From: Candidatus Aceula meridiana
GTDB taxonomy: Bacteria; Omnitrophota; Gorgyraeia; Zapsychrales; Aceulaceae
Assembly: GCA_030765185.1 (NCBI GenBank)
Contig: JAVCDE010000026.1
Location: 108,007 to 172,006 of the forward strand
Direction: 5' to 3'
Length of the DNA: 64,000 bases
Part shown: positions 10,064 to 20,500 of the stretch, piece by piece
Position numbering within the stretch: the stretch's first letter is position 1
How the letters are laid out: every line of letters begins with the position of its first letter
Translations under genes and position numbers: made by a program
The notes under the pieces: generated by a model
The model's database searches: none
The model's input: only the letters and a program-made list of their open reading frames with translations
Told to the model about the DNA's origin: nothing

Positions 10064-10462
10064 ATGACATCTTTAGATAAAAATAATAATTTTGATACTC
10101 GAGCAACATGCTTAAATTGTATGGATGGGCGAGTTCAGCTACCAGTTTTATATTGGATTAGAGAGAAATATCATATTGATTTTGTAGATGTTATTACAGA
10201 AGCGGGCATAGACAAAATAATAGCCTTACAGGAAAACATTGATGAAATTATTCGCAGTATTGAAATTTCAGTTAATACTAATAAATCTTCTCGAATCTTT
10301 GTTGTAGGTCATTATGATTGTAAGGGAAATTCTGTTGATAAAAAGACTCACCATGAACATATTTTAAAGTCCGTCAAGAGATTAAAGACGCTTTGGTCAG
10401 AATTTGAAATTATTGGACTTTGGGTTAATAGTCATTGGCAAGTAGAGGTTTGTTGTAAATAG
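10064..10462 (+). CDS. Small beta-carbonic-anhydrase-like protein
   Basis: NCMDGR and GHYDCKGN (Cys-x-Asp-x-Arg ... His-x-x-Cys Zn ligand pattern). Confidence 0.7.
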   Translation: MTSLDKNNNFDTRATCLNCMDGRVQLPVLYWIREKYHIDFVDVITEAGIDKIIALQENIDEIIRSIEISVNTNKSSRIFVVGHYDCKGNSVDKKTHHEHILKSVKRLKTLWSEFEIIGLWVNSHWQVEVCCK

Positions 10463-10498
10463 GTTTTAATTTTGCTCCACCCATCGACCGACCTCAAC
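10462..10498 (+). repeat. Degenerate att-like repeat copy 4
   Basis: (TAAATA)GGTTTTAAT-N10-CCATCGACCGACCTCAAC; minus strand reads GRWVEQ/IKTYL with one extra nt; shares TAAATAGGTT with copy 3. Confidence 0.55.
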
Positions 10499-10531
10499 TT
10501 TATTAGTTGCTAAAGCTAGTTAATAAATAAT

Positions 10532-10567
10532 AAAATCCTTAAAGGTAATTGCTTTTAAGGATTTTTT
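10532..10567. terminator. Intrinsic terminator-like hairpin
   Basis: AAAATCCTTAAAGG-TAATTG-CTTTTAAGGATTTT followed by T's. Confidence 0.65.
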
Positions 10568-10675
10568 GCGATTTTTGTATTTTCTTTTGTATTCTTTTTA
10601 ACATGTTATAATGCGTTCATCTATATATCGATAGTAAAGTAGAGAGTTTTTATGGAAGATAATAATTTAGAATAA

Positions 10676-10945
10676 GGAATATTTATTGGATCTATCGCTG
10701 GCGCACTTTCTTCGAGAGGCCCTTACGTGAGCATGCCGATTGCCGCCGGGCTTATCCGTTCGGGTGCCAGCGTTGGGACAATGGTTGCTTTTTTAACCGG
10801 CTGGTCGCTTTGAGCATTAAGCCGGTTGCCTATTGAGCTAGGAATATTAGGCTGGCGCTTGATGTTGATTCGCCTTGTCAGTATTTCTATTTTTCCTTCC
10901 TTAGCAGGCTTCATTGCGTTGGGTGTGGCGAAGTTAATAAAATAA
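10676..10945 (+). pseudogene. Permease fragment (DUF318/ArsP-like small permease, C-terminal part)
   Basis: Translates GIFIGSIAGALSSRGPYVSMPIAAGLIRSGASVGTMVAFLTGWSL*ALSRLPIELGILGW...; TGA at 10811-10813; N-terminus missing. Confidence 0.7.
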
Positions 10946-11029
10946 AGGTCCGCGTAAAGGACGTGCGGACAGGTAAAGTTGTTAAATGTTATTAAACAAA
11001 TGTATTTTGTACAGACAAAAGGAGAAGAC

Positions 11030-11497
11030 ATGGAACAAAATGAAAGTTTTTTTAAAAAAATTTTTTCATGGACAAACATTGGGCTTGCTTTTCTTACAGT
11101 CGTTGCGGTTTTTTCTATCTCTCAATTAGTTGAGTCTTGGAAGCCAGAGGAACCTTTGGCTCCTCTGGTAAGCAGTGAGGAAGAAGATTTCTTTGCAGAA
11201 GAGGCAGTTCCGGAGATTGTTCAGGAGCCGGAGGCAGAGACAGCGCTTTTGCAACCCTTGGTTGAAAAGAAGTTTGTTATCCAGGTTGCTGCGTTTCGAG
11301 GCCAAAAAGGAGCGGACGCTGTTGTGGAAGAATTAAAAAAGAAAGGCTATGAGCCTATCATTAAGACAGAAGATTCAGGAAGCGAAGGAGCTTTGCATCG
11401 TGTTTATGCAGGTGCCTTTGAGACCAAAGATCAGGCTCAGAGTATCCTGGATGAAGTAAAAAAAGATTATCCAGGGTCTTTTATTAAACAGTTGTAG
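11030..11497 (+). CDS. SPOR-domain membrane-anchored protein
   Basis: Single TM, acidic linker, FVIQVAAF...HRVYAGAF..KDQA; ATG 11030 follows AAGGAG. Confidence 0.85.
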   Translation: MEQNESFFKKIFSWTNIGLAFLTVVAVFSISQLVESWKPEEPLAPLVSSEEEDFFAEEAVPEIVQEPEAETALLQPLVEKKFVIQVAAFRGQKGADAVVEELKKKGYEPIIKTEDSGSEGALHRVYAGAFETKDQAQSILDEVKKDYPGSFIKQL

Positions 11498-11554
11498 CAC
11501 GAAAAAGTTAGCGTTTCGCCTTCATTTAGAGAATCAAAGAAATAGAGAATTTTT

Positions 11555-12856
11555 ATGGAAGATAATAACTTAGAATGTGGTTATGCCCAGGCATTAAGCT
11601 ATTCAAATGCGATTGCGGAGATTTTTTATACGGTTATGCGCGAAAAGCGCCCATTAGACCGGGAAATAAAGAATTATTTTAGAGGGCACCCTGCATGCGG
11701 ATCTAAAGATCGTTTTTTAATTACGGAATCACTTTTTAGCCTATTCCGCTGGTATGGGTGGGTGAAAGGGAAGTTGCCAAAAGGGTGCCCTGAAAATTCT
11801 TTAGAATCTAAAAAATTTTGTACAGGGCTATCCGCTGCTTTATGGCTCGAGAATCAGCCATTTGATCAATTTATGAAGGTTCTTTGCAAATCTGCGGGAG
11901 TTGACGTTACATGGCTTAAAAGTTCACCGGATTTAATTAAAGAGAAGATAAAGGGATTAAGCCATCTTTTTAAAATTAGAAAATGCGATATTTTTGATTT
12001 AGTGCCACAATGGTTTAGAAAAGAAGTCTTAGCCGACGAGATTGCAACAATTATTGAACCATTTCAAAGGCGCCCACCGGTGTGGATACGGACTCAGAAT
12101 GACGCACAAGAAACTGTTCTGGAAGAATTTGGAGAATTAGGGATTGATTTTTCCAGACATGAAATTGTTTCAAATGCCGTTAAGATATCGACTGGTAAAT
12201 TTAATGCACGGGATATCGAATCATACAAAAAAGGTTTATTTGAGATTCAGGATTTGGCAAGTCAATGTTTAGGGCTTGTTTGCGGGGCGAGTGAGAATCA
12301 AATTTGGTGGGATGTTTGCGCCGGTGCAGGAGGAAAAAGCCTTCTGATCGCAAATCAAATGAAGGGACAGGGCAACGTTGTTGCAACGGACAAGCGTGCA
12401 GATATTTTAAAAGAATTGCAAAAGCGAGCAGAGAGAGCTAACTTTAAGAATATTCAAATAGAAGATTTAGATAAAGTTGTTTTAAGTCAGGATAATTTTG
12501 ATGGTGTGTTTGTGGATGCGCCGTGTTCTTGCACAGGAGTTTGGCGTCGAAATCCTGATTTGCGTTGGACCGCGCGTGAAGATATTTGTGAAAAGTCAGC
12601 ATGCACTCAAAAAGAAATTTTGGAGCTTGCTTGTAAAAAAGTAAGGCCTAAAGGCGTTTTGGTTTATGCGACATGTAGCTTAAGCGTTCAGGAGAACGAG
12701 GACATTGTTAATCATTTTTTAAAATCGTTTCCTGAATTTGAGTTAGAAGATTTTGTTCATCCGCTTACAGGAGAAAAAACCGGAGGTACGATGAAGGTTA
12801 AATTTCATCCTGATGATTGTGACGCAACATTTGCGGCACGCTTTCGCAAGAAATAA
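11555..12856 (+). CDS. RsmB/NOP family RNA m5C methyltransferase
   Basis: IQDLASQ, DVCAGAGGK, VDAPCSCTG..RRNPD, VYATCS...ENE. Confidence 0.9.
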   Translation: MEDNNLECGYAQALSYSNAIAEIFYTVMREKRPLDREIKNYFRGHPACGSKDRFLITESLFSLFRWYGWVKGKLPKGCPENSLESKKFCTGLSAALWLENQPFDQFMKVLCKSAGVDVTWLKSSPDLIKEKIKGLSHLFKIRKCDIFDLVPQWFRKEVLADEIATIIEPFQRRPPVWIRTQNDAQETVLEEFGELGIDFSRHEIVSNAVKISTGKFNARDIESYKKGLFEIQDLASQCLGLVCGASENQIWWDVCAGAGGKSLLIANQMKGQGNVVATDKRADILKELQKRAERANFKNIQIEDLDKVVLSQDNFDGVFVDAPCSCTGVWRRNPDLRWTAREDICEKSACTQKEILELACKKVRPKGVLVYATCSLSVQENEDIVNHFLKSFPEFELEDFVHPLTGEKTGGTMKVKFHPDDCDATFAARFRKK

Positions 12857-12871
12857 TAAGGGGGACAAAAA

Positions 12872-13642
12872 ATGAATCCGAAAGAAATTATAAGCCAGGG
12901 TAACACAAAGATTAAGTGGTTAAAGAAATTAGCCCAAAAGAAGCACAGGCGGCAAAGCAATCAGTTTATCGTCGAGAATTTAACGATTATTCATGATGCT
13001 CTAAAAAGTGGTTATGATTTGAAAGAGTTGTTTGTGACGCAAGGCTTTATTGATAGATACAAAGAGAAATTTGAATATTTGCAAAAAGAGTCAAAGGTAA
13101 ACGAGTATTCTTTGATTGACGAAGATTTAAATAGATATTATTCGCAACTGGACACCCCTTCAGGAATTACAGCTGTTTATGATGTTAGTCCGTCTTCTTT
13201 GGATCAGGATAAATCGATTGTTTATTTAAACGGCATTAAAGATCCCGGCAATATGGGAACTATTATGCGCAGCGCATTAGCTTTTGATGTCGTTAATATT
13301 GTATTGGATGCGACATGCGTTGATATTTATAATTTTAAGGTTATCAACGCGGCAAAAGATTCGATTTTTAAATTGAATATTATTGAAGATCCGGAAGGCA
13401 CATGGCTTAAAGAGAATAAGGGAAGTCTGCCTATTTATGTGGCCAATTCTAATGAGGGAGTTAGTTTATCTGAGGTAAAGGGCGACCAGAGATTTTGTTT
13501 AGTTTTAGGATCTGAAAGCCACGGTGTCAGCGATGAAATAATAAAGCTGGCAGATAAAAATATTCGCATCAAGATTTCAAATAAAATTGAATCTTTAAAT
13601 GTATCCGCGGCAGCTGCTATTTTACTTTATGGATTAAAATGA
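12872..13642 (+). CDS. TrmH/SpoU family RNA methyltransferase
   Basis: DPGNMGTIMRSA, LGSESHGVS, ESLNVSAAAAI. Confidence 0.9.
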   Translation: MNPKEIISQGNTKIKWLKKLAQKKHRRQSNQFIVENLTIIHDALKSGYDLKELFVTQGFIDRYKEKFEYLQKESKVNEYSLIDEDLNRYYSQLDTPSGITAVYDVSPSSLDQDKSIVYLNGIKDPGNMGTIMRSALAFDVVNIVLDATCVDIYNFKVINAAKDSIFKLNIIEDPEGTWLKENKGSLPIYVANSNEGVSLSEVKGDQRFCLVLGSESHGVSDEIIKLADKNIRIKISNKIESLNVSAAAAILLYGLK

Positions 13643-15276
13643 AAAAGAAGTCAGAAAATAATTTTATTAGAATTGATGAGATTCTGTTAACTCTTGACGA
13701 AAAGGAGAGTGTTTTATCGTCTAAGATCGCGAAGATCTTAGGGGTTTATGAAAAGGATATTCTTCGTTTTCATATTGCCAAACGCGCCATTGATTCGCGT
13801 AAAAAAGAGAACATTTTTTTTGTTTATTCTGTTAATGTTGAGCTAAAAAATCCGCAAAATTATTTGTCCCGCCAAAGACGATTATCATCAACATTGAAAA
13901 AGAAAGCTCTTCGCCATAAGGTTCGATGGCTAGCGCCGTATGTCTATGAAGGTAAAAAACCTAAATCAGATTGTTTGCATCGTCCGATTGTGGTGGGTGC
14001 TGGGCCTAGCGGATTATTTTGTGCCTTAGTTCTTGCCCGGGCAGGGTTAAAACCATTAGTTGTTGATCGTGGCCCGGATGTGGATATACGTGCTAAAGAT
14101 GTGAATGAATTCTTTTCTACGGCAAAGCTTAATGTGAATTCTAATGTGCAGTTTGGCGAAGGAGGCGCTGGTACTTTCTCAGATGGTAAATTGTATACAA
14201 ACATTAAGGACCCAAGGACAAAATATATTTTTGACGAGATGGTTATTGCTGGTGCTCCAAAAGAGATCATGACGGACGCTCATCCGCACATTGGAACCGA
14301 TAGGTTGCGCACAGTTGTAAAGAATTTGCGCAAAAGTATTGTTGCTCTCGGAGGCGACGTAAGATTTAATACATGCTTAACGGACATTGAGACAAGCGCA
14401 AAAAAGGTTGTTTCGGCTACTTTTAACGGAAGAGAGAAAGCTTTGGTAGATGATCTCGTTGTCGCGATTGGTCATTCCGCACGCGATACATATCAGATTC
14501 TTTACGAGAAGAAGTTAGAAATGAAACCTAAGATGTTTTCTGTTGGATTGAGGATCGAGCACCCTGCTGAATTAATTAATAAATCTCAATATGGAGAATA
14601 TTGTAACCACCCTAAGTTGCCAACGGCAAAATACAAGCTCGTAGCCCACCTTAAAGATAAACGTTCGGTGTATACTTTTTGTATGTGTCCTGGAGGTTTT
14701 GTTGTCGCGGCTTCTTCAGAAGAAGGGATGGTTGCCGTTAACGGGATGAGCATGTATGCGCAAAACGGCAAGAATTCTAATAGCGCGCTCATGGTTAACG
14801 TAACGCCGGATGATTTTGAGTCGGATCATCCCTTGGCAGGAGTTGAGTTTCAGCGTACCTGGGAGAGGATGGCATTTTTAGCCGGAGGAAAAGATTATCG
14901 CGCACCAGCCCAGCTTGTTGGAGATTTTTTAAAAGATTTGCCATCGAAAAAATTCGGGAGCGTCGAGCCTACTTATAAGCCTGGGGTCACGATGACGTCT
15001 TTGGCAGGATGCTTGCCGGATTACGTCATTGAAAGTATTAAATCAGCATTGCCAGTTTTAGATAGAAAAATTAAAGGGTTTGCTAAAGAAGATGCTCTGC
15101 TTATCGGCGTTGAAACGCGCAGTTCAGCTCCGGTAAAATTTGTGCGTGATGAAAATCTACAGTCTAATATTATAGGAATTTATCCAGTAGGAGAAGGCTC
15201 TGGATATGCCGGTGGCATTGTGTCTGCTGCCATTGATGGAATGAAGGCAGCTGAGAGCATTATTAGTAAGTTTTAA
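13639..15276 (+). CDS. FAD-dependent oxidoreductase (COG2509-type)
   Basis: VGAGPSG, FGEGGAGTFSDGKL, HIGTD, TFCMCPGG, GEGSGYAGGI. Confidence 0.85.
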   Translation: MKKKSENNFIRIDEILLTLDEKESVLSSKIAKILGVYEKDILRFHIAKRAIDSRKKENIFFVYSVNVELKNPQNYLSRQRRLSSTLKKKALRHKVRWLAPYVYEGKKPKSDCLHRPIVVGAGPSGLFCALVLARAGLKPLVVDRGPDVDIRAKDVNEFFSTAKLNVNSNVQFGEGGAGTFSDGKLYTNIKDPRTKYIFDEMVIAGAPKEIMTDAHPHIGTDRLRTVVKNLRKSIVALGGDVRFNTCLTDIETSAKKVVSATFNGREKALVDDLVVAIGHSARDTYQILYEKKLEMKPKMFSVGLRIEHPAELINKSQYGEYCNHPKLPTAKYKLVAHLKDKRSVYTFCMCPGGFVVAASSEEGMVAVNGMSMYAQNGKNSNSALMVNVTPDDFESDHPLAGVEFQRTWERMAFLAGGKDYRAPAQLVGDFLKDLPSKKFGSVEPTYKPGVTMTSLAGCLPDYVIESIKSALPVLDRKIKGFAKEDALLIGVETRSSAPVKFVRDENLQSNIIGIYPVGEGSGYAGGIVSAAIDGMKAAESIISKF

Positions 15277-15420
15277 TTTTATGGATACTTATTTAAGGAA
15301 AAATTCGCAAATTCTTAAAATCTTGCTTTATCAAGTATTTATGGTAATTTAGATGAAGTCGCTGGGAAGATAGGTTGAGCGATTTTGATTTTAAGATTTA
15401 TTTTAAAGAAAAGAGGAAAG

Positions 15421-15840
15421 ATGGACGAACAGATTGAAAATAATGATGTTTTAGCGCCTAAACAAGTTGAGGGTGATATTCTTTTTTTGATCAAAAGAAT
15501 GAATGAGAAGTTAGATTTTTTAGAAAGAAAAATAGATATCTTAGTCAAGCAAGTTCAAGAAAAACCTTCCAGAGAAAGATATTCTCCGAGGCCTCCACGA
15601 TCTTTTGACCGCCCAGCACGCCCAGGCTATTCTCGGGATAAGAGAGGTTCAAGAGAAGATTCTAGAGAAAAAGGTTCTTATTCAGGATATAATTCTGAAC
15701 GGGGCTCAAGAGATGAAAGAAAAGGCTTTGGTGGCCCTAAGAAGAGCTATGGCGATAGTCGAGAGGGACAGAAATATGGTGGTCCAAAAAAAGCGGTTAG
15801 TCCTAAAAAGAAACTTTTTACTAAGACGAAGAAAAGATAG
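15421..15840 (+). CDS. Hypothetical coiled-coil protein with disordered R/G/S/K-rich tail
   Basis: LIKRMNEKLDFLERKIDIL heptads followed by a basic low-complexity region; ATG 15421 follows AGAGG. Confidence 0.65.
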   Translation: MDEQIENNDVLAPKQVEGDILFLIKRMNEKLDFLERKIDILVKQVQEKPSRERYSPRPPRSFDRPARPGYSRDKRGSREDSREKGSYSGYNSERGSRDERKGFGGPKKSYGDSREGQKYGGPKKAVSPKKKLFTKTKKR

Positions 15841-15930
15841 TAAGCGCTAAAAGCGCTGTTAATTAAGACAAAGGTAAATTATTGTAAAATATGTTAATCG
15901 TAGTTAAAAAAAATTTAGGAGTTTTATTTT

Positions 15931-15965
15931 AAGAAAAGGCAACCTTTGAAGGGTTGCCTTTTCTT
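15931..15965. terminator. Bidirectional terminator-like hairpin
   Basis: AAGAAAAGGCAACC...GGTTGCCTTTTCTT. Confidence 0.7.
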
Positions 15966-16017
15966 GTATTTCAATATGCTTAATAATTAGGCAAGTGAAA
16001 CTGAAAGGGAAGGTATA

Positions 16018-17538
16018 ATGGCTAAAAAACAAGGATTTGACAACGAAAAATACCTGCAGCAGCAAACCGAGGCAATTTTAGAGAGGGTCGGAAAGTTTGA
16101 TAAGAAACTTTATCTAGAATTCGGCGGAAAGCTTCTTTTTGATTATCATGCCGCTCGTGTTTTACCGGGGTTTGATCCTAATGTTAAAATGAGGCTTTTG
16201 CAAAAGCTAAAAGATCAGGCAGACATTGTTTTGTGTATTTATGCCGGAGATATTGAGCGAAGAAAAATGCGCGCGGATTTTGGCATTACTTATGACGTTG
16301 ATGCATTAAAATTTATCGATGACTTAGAAGATTGGGGACTCAAAGTCAAAGCTGTTGTTATTACGCGTTTTGATGACCAGCCTTCAGCAAAGATTTTCAA
16401 GAATAAGCTCGAGCGTCAGAAAATCAAAGTTTATACGCATCAGTTTACAAAGGGATACCCTACTGATATCGACTTAATCGTTAGCAAAGAAGGCTACGGA
16501 GCTAATCCGCACATTAAAACAGATAAAAAACTTGTTATCGTTACTGGTCCTGGTCCTGGCAGTGGAAAGTTGGCTACGTGTCTTTCGCAACTTTACCATG
16601 ATTATACTAAGGGCATGAAATCTGGCTATGCCAAGTTTGAAACATTTCCTATTTGGAATATTCCCTTAAAACATCCTGTTAATGTGGCTTATGAGTCCGC
16701 TACAGCGGATATTCGTGACTTTAATATGATTGATTCATTTCACCTAGAAGCTTACGGCGAGACCACGGTTAATTATAATAGGGATGTTGAAGTTTTTCCT
16801 GTTTTAAAAAGAATATTAGAAAAAATTACTGGCAAAGAAGCAATGTATAAATCGCCGACAGACATGGGTGTTAATTGTGCGGGATTTGGCATTATTGATG
16901 ATGATATTGTTAAAGAGGCTTCTCGTCAAGAGTCTATTCGCAGATATTTCCGCTATGATTGTGAGTATACGATGGGGCTAACAGACAAAGAAACTGTTGA
17001 GCGCGCAGAGCTTATTATGGAAGAGCTTGGCGTTAAAATTGAAGATAGAAAAGTGGTAATGCCTGCCCGTGAAGCCGCGGAGGAAGGAAAGACTAAGGGG
17101 AAGGGGCATAAAGGATTTTTTTGTGGGGCTGCGATGGAATTACCTGATGGAACTATTATTGCAGGAAAAAATTCTGAGCTTATGCATGCGGTTTCAAGCC
17201 TAGTTTTAAACGCAGCAAAATATTTAGCTGGAATTCCTGACAAGTTGCATTTGTTATCGCCTAATATTATTGAATCGGTAACAAAGCTTAAGAAGAATAT
17301 TCTTAATGCAAAATCTGCCAATCTTGATTTGGATGAGGCATTGATTGCCTTGACGATTAGTGCCACAACTAATTCTACCGCTCAAATGGCTTTGGAAAGA
17401 CTTAGCGAATTAAAAGAATGTGAAGTTCACACAACGCATATTCCGACGCCTGGTGACGAGGCGGGTTTAAAGCGCTTAGGAATTAATTTAACAGCAGATC
17501 CAAATTTTTCTTCCAGGGGTTTTTACGACCAAAAATAA
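16018..17538 (+). CDS. DUF1846/UPF0371 family protein
   Basis: [45 protein letters not shown]. Confidence 0.9.
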   Translation: MAKKQGFDNEKYLQQQTEAILERVGKFDKKLYLEFGGKLLFDYHAARVLPGFDPNVKMRLLQKLKDQADIVLCIYAGDIERRKMRADFGITYDVDALKFIDDLEDWGLKVKAVVITRFDDQPSAKIFKNKLERQKIKVYTHQFTKGYPTDIDLIVSKEGYGANPHIKTDKKLVIVTGPGPGSGKLATCLSQLYHDYTKGMKSGYAKFETFPIWNIPLKHPVNVAYESATADIRDFNMIDSFHLEAYGETTVNYNRDVEVFPVLKRILEKITGKEAMYKSPTDMGVNCAGFGIIDDDIVKEASRQESIRRYFRYDCEYTMGLTDKETVERAELIMEELGVKIEDRKVVMPAREAAEEGKTKGKGHKGFFCGAAMELPDGTIIAGKNSELMHAVSSLVLNAAKYLAGIPDKLHLLSPNIIESVTKLKKNILNAKSANLDLDEALIALTISATTNSTAQMALERLSELKECEVHTTHIPTPGDEAGLKRLGINLTADPNFSSRGFYDQK

Positions 17539-17563
17539 TAATACAAAAAAATAAGGAGACTTT

Positions 17564-20500
17564 ATGCCAAGGCGCACAGACATCAGAAAAGTTCTTATCA
17601 TCGGTTCCGGTCCAATCATTATTGGTCAAGCTTGTGAATTTGATTATTCAGGGACGCAGGCCTGTAAGGCTCTTAAAGAGGAAGGATTTGAAGTTGTTTT
17701 AGTCAATTCAAATCCGGCGACGATTATGACAGACCCGGGCATGGCAGATAAAACATATATTGAACCTTTAACCGTCGAAAGCATTACAGCAATTATCGAA
17801 AAGGAGCGTCCTGATGCTTTGCTTCCAAACCTTGGCGGCCAAACAGGACTCAATCTTTCTTCAGCGCTGCATAAGGCTGGCATTTTAAAGAAACATGGCG
17901 TTCAAATTATTGGTGTCAAAATTGATGCGATTGAACGGGGTGAAGACCGTATTGCTTTTAAAAATACAATGAATAAGCTCGGCGTTGAAATGCCGAAATC
18001 AGAGCCGTGTCATTCTGTTGAAGAAGCCGAGGTCATTGCTGAAAATTTAGGATATCCTGTGGTTCTAAGGCCTGCTTATACAATGGGAGGCACAGGTGGA
18101 GGAATTGCTTATAACGTCGAAGAGCTTCGCACCATTGTTGCCCGAGGACTCGCCGTAAGCATTGTTCATCAGGTTTTGGTTGAAGAATCTGTTTTTGGCT
18201 GGGAAGAGCTAGAGTTGGAAGTTGTTCGTGACGAAAAGAATCAAAAAATTACAGTTTGTTTTATTGAAAATATTGATGCCATGGGCGTTCATACCGGAGA
18301 TAGTTTTTGTACAGCGCCGATGTATACAGTCCCTAAAGAGCTTCAAGAAAGGCTCCAGAAGATCTCTTATGATATTGTCGAGGCCATCGGAGTTGTGGGC
18401 GGAACAAATGTTCAGTTTGCTCATAATTTAAAGGATGACAGACTTGTTGTTATTGAAATTAATCCTCGAACATCACGCTCATCAGCACTGGCTTCTAAAG
18501 CAACCGGATTTCCAATTGCCCTTATTTCAACAAAGCTAGCTGCCGGGCTCACCATGGATGAAATTCCTTACTGGAGAGACGGAACGCTTGAAAAATATAC
18601 GCCGTGGGGAGATTATGTTGTTATTAAGTTTGCCCGTTGGGCTTTTGAGAAATTTCCACAAGCCAAAGATGTTTTAGGAACTCAGATGAAGGCCGTCGGT
18701 GAGGCTATGAGCATCGCAAAAACATTTAAAGAGGCTTTTCAGAAATCAATTCGTTCTTTAGAAATTAAACGCTTTGGTTTAGGTGGCGCTAAGAATTTTA
18801 AAGACCTTCCATTAGAAGATTTAAAACAACGCTTAAGCTCTCCATCAAGTGAACGCGTATTTTTGATGTACGAAGCTTTGCGCAAGGGAATGAGCGTCGA
18901 AGATTTATATCAGCTGACGTTTATCGGAAGAAAATTTATCGAAGAGACGAAAGAGCTCGTTGACTTTGAAGAAGAGATTATTAAATTACCGTTTGATAAA
19001 CTTCCCGATGAGAAGCTAGCAGAGGCTAAAGAGATGGGCTTTGCAGATCGTTATTTAGCAGATCTTTTTAAAATTCCAGAGAAAAAAGTTCGGGAAAAAA
19101 GAATTGCCAAGGGAATTACTGCACGCTACGAAGCAGTTCCGGTTAGCGGAGTCGAAAACGCGGCTTATTATTATTCAACATATAAAGACATTAAGGACCA
19201 GGTGCCGGTTTCCCCTAATAGAAAAATTATGATTTTAGGCGGCGGGCCTAACCGTATTGGGCAGGGGATTGAATTTGATTATACTTGTGTCCATGCAGCA
19301 TTTGCTCTTCGAGACGAAGGACTCGAATCAGTTATGGTTAATTGTAATCCAGAGACTGTGTCGACGGATTATGATACATCGAACAAACTTTATTTTGAAC
19401 CCCTCACCGTTGAAGATGTTTTAAACATTTATCATAAAGAAAAACCTGAGGGCGTGATTGTGCAATTTGGCGGGCAGACACCGCTTAATATCGCTCAAGA
19501 GTTAAAAGACAATGGCGTTCCTATTTTAGGAACAAGTCCTGAAAGTATTCATTTCGCCGAAGACCGAGAACGTTTTCGTCAGAAAATGATTGATCTTAAA
19601 ATTCCTCAGCCTGAAAGCGGAACAGCAAAATCTTTAGACCAAGCGCTCAAGATTGCGCAGCGGATTGGGTATCCTCTGATGGTTCGGCCTTCTTATGTTT
19701 TAGGAGGTAGGGGCATGGAAATTATTTATGATGAGGAATCTTTAAGAAGATATGCTATCGAGGCTATTAAGGTGAGCCCGGAACATCCTATGTTGATTGA
19801 CCGGTTCCTCGAGAAAGCTATTGAAACAGAGGTCGACGCTGTATCTGATGGGGAAGAAGTTTTCGTGGCTTCTGTTATGGAACACATTGAACTCGCTGGT
19901 GTTCACTCTGGTGATTCAGCTTGTTCGATTCCAAGCCGGACAATAAAAAAAGAACACATGCAAACGATTGAAGAATACACTAAAGCCATTGCCAAGGAGC
20001 TTAAGGTTATTGGCTTGATGAATATTCAGTTTGCGATTTGCGATGACAAAGTTTATATCTTAGAAGCAAATCCTCGAGCCTCAAGAACGGTTCCGATTGT
20101 TTCTAAGGTCGCAGGAATTTCTTTAGCACGTATTGCCACACAGATTATGCTGGGCAAAAAGGTAAAGGACTTCCCAGAACTAAAGGCAAAGAAGATTCCT
20201 TATGTTGGCGTCAAAGAGGCTGTATTTCCTTTTAATATGTTCCCAGAAGTTGACCCTATTCTAGGCCCAGAGATGAGAGCCACCGGTGAGGTTATGGGAC
20301 TTGCGGATACTTTTGGATTAGCTTTTTATAAAGCACAAGAATCTGCCGGATACAAGTTGCCGCTTGAAGGCAACGTCTTGTTGACCGTCGCTCAAAAAGA
20401 CAGAGAAAATCTTCTTCCTATTGCAAAGAATATTAAGTCATTAGGATTTAATATTATTGCGACAGAGGGGACAAGTAAATTTTTAAATGAAAATAATATC

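Noticed and set aside
5409-10498. CRISPR array or complete tRNA genes at the repeats
   Set aside because: Spacing is 1-2.5 kb and the copies are divergent; no D-arm or anticodon arm lies upstream, and the T-loop-like motif is out of register for a tRNA.
7546-10813. TGA recoding (genetic code 4/25) suggested by in-frame TGAs at 7546 and 10811
   Set aside because: One TGA sits where Arg is expected and the other where Trp is expected, and intact genes (PurD-like, carB, TrmH) end in TGA. These are simple nonsense mutations.
10723-11079. 118-aa minus-strand ORF and the many other short ORFs overlapping long genes
   Set aside because: They are antisense or alternate-frame shadows of recognisable genes or pseudogenes and carry no motifs of their own.
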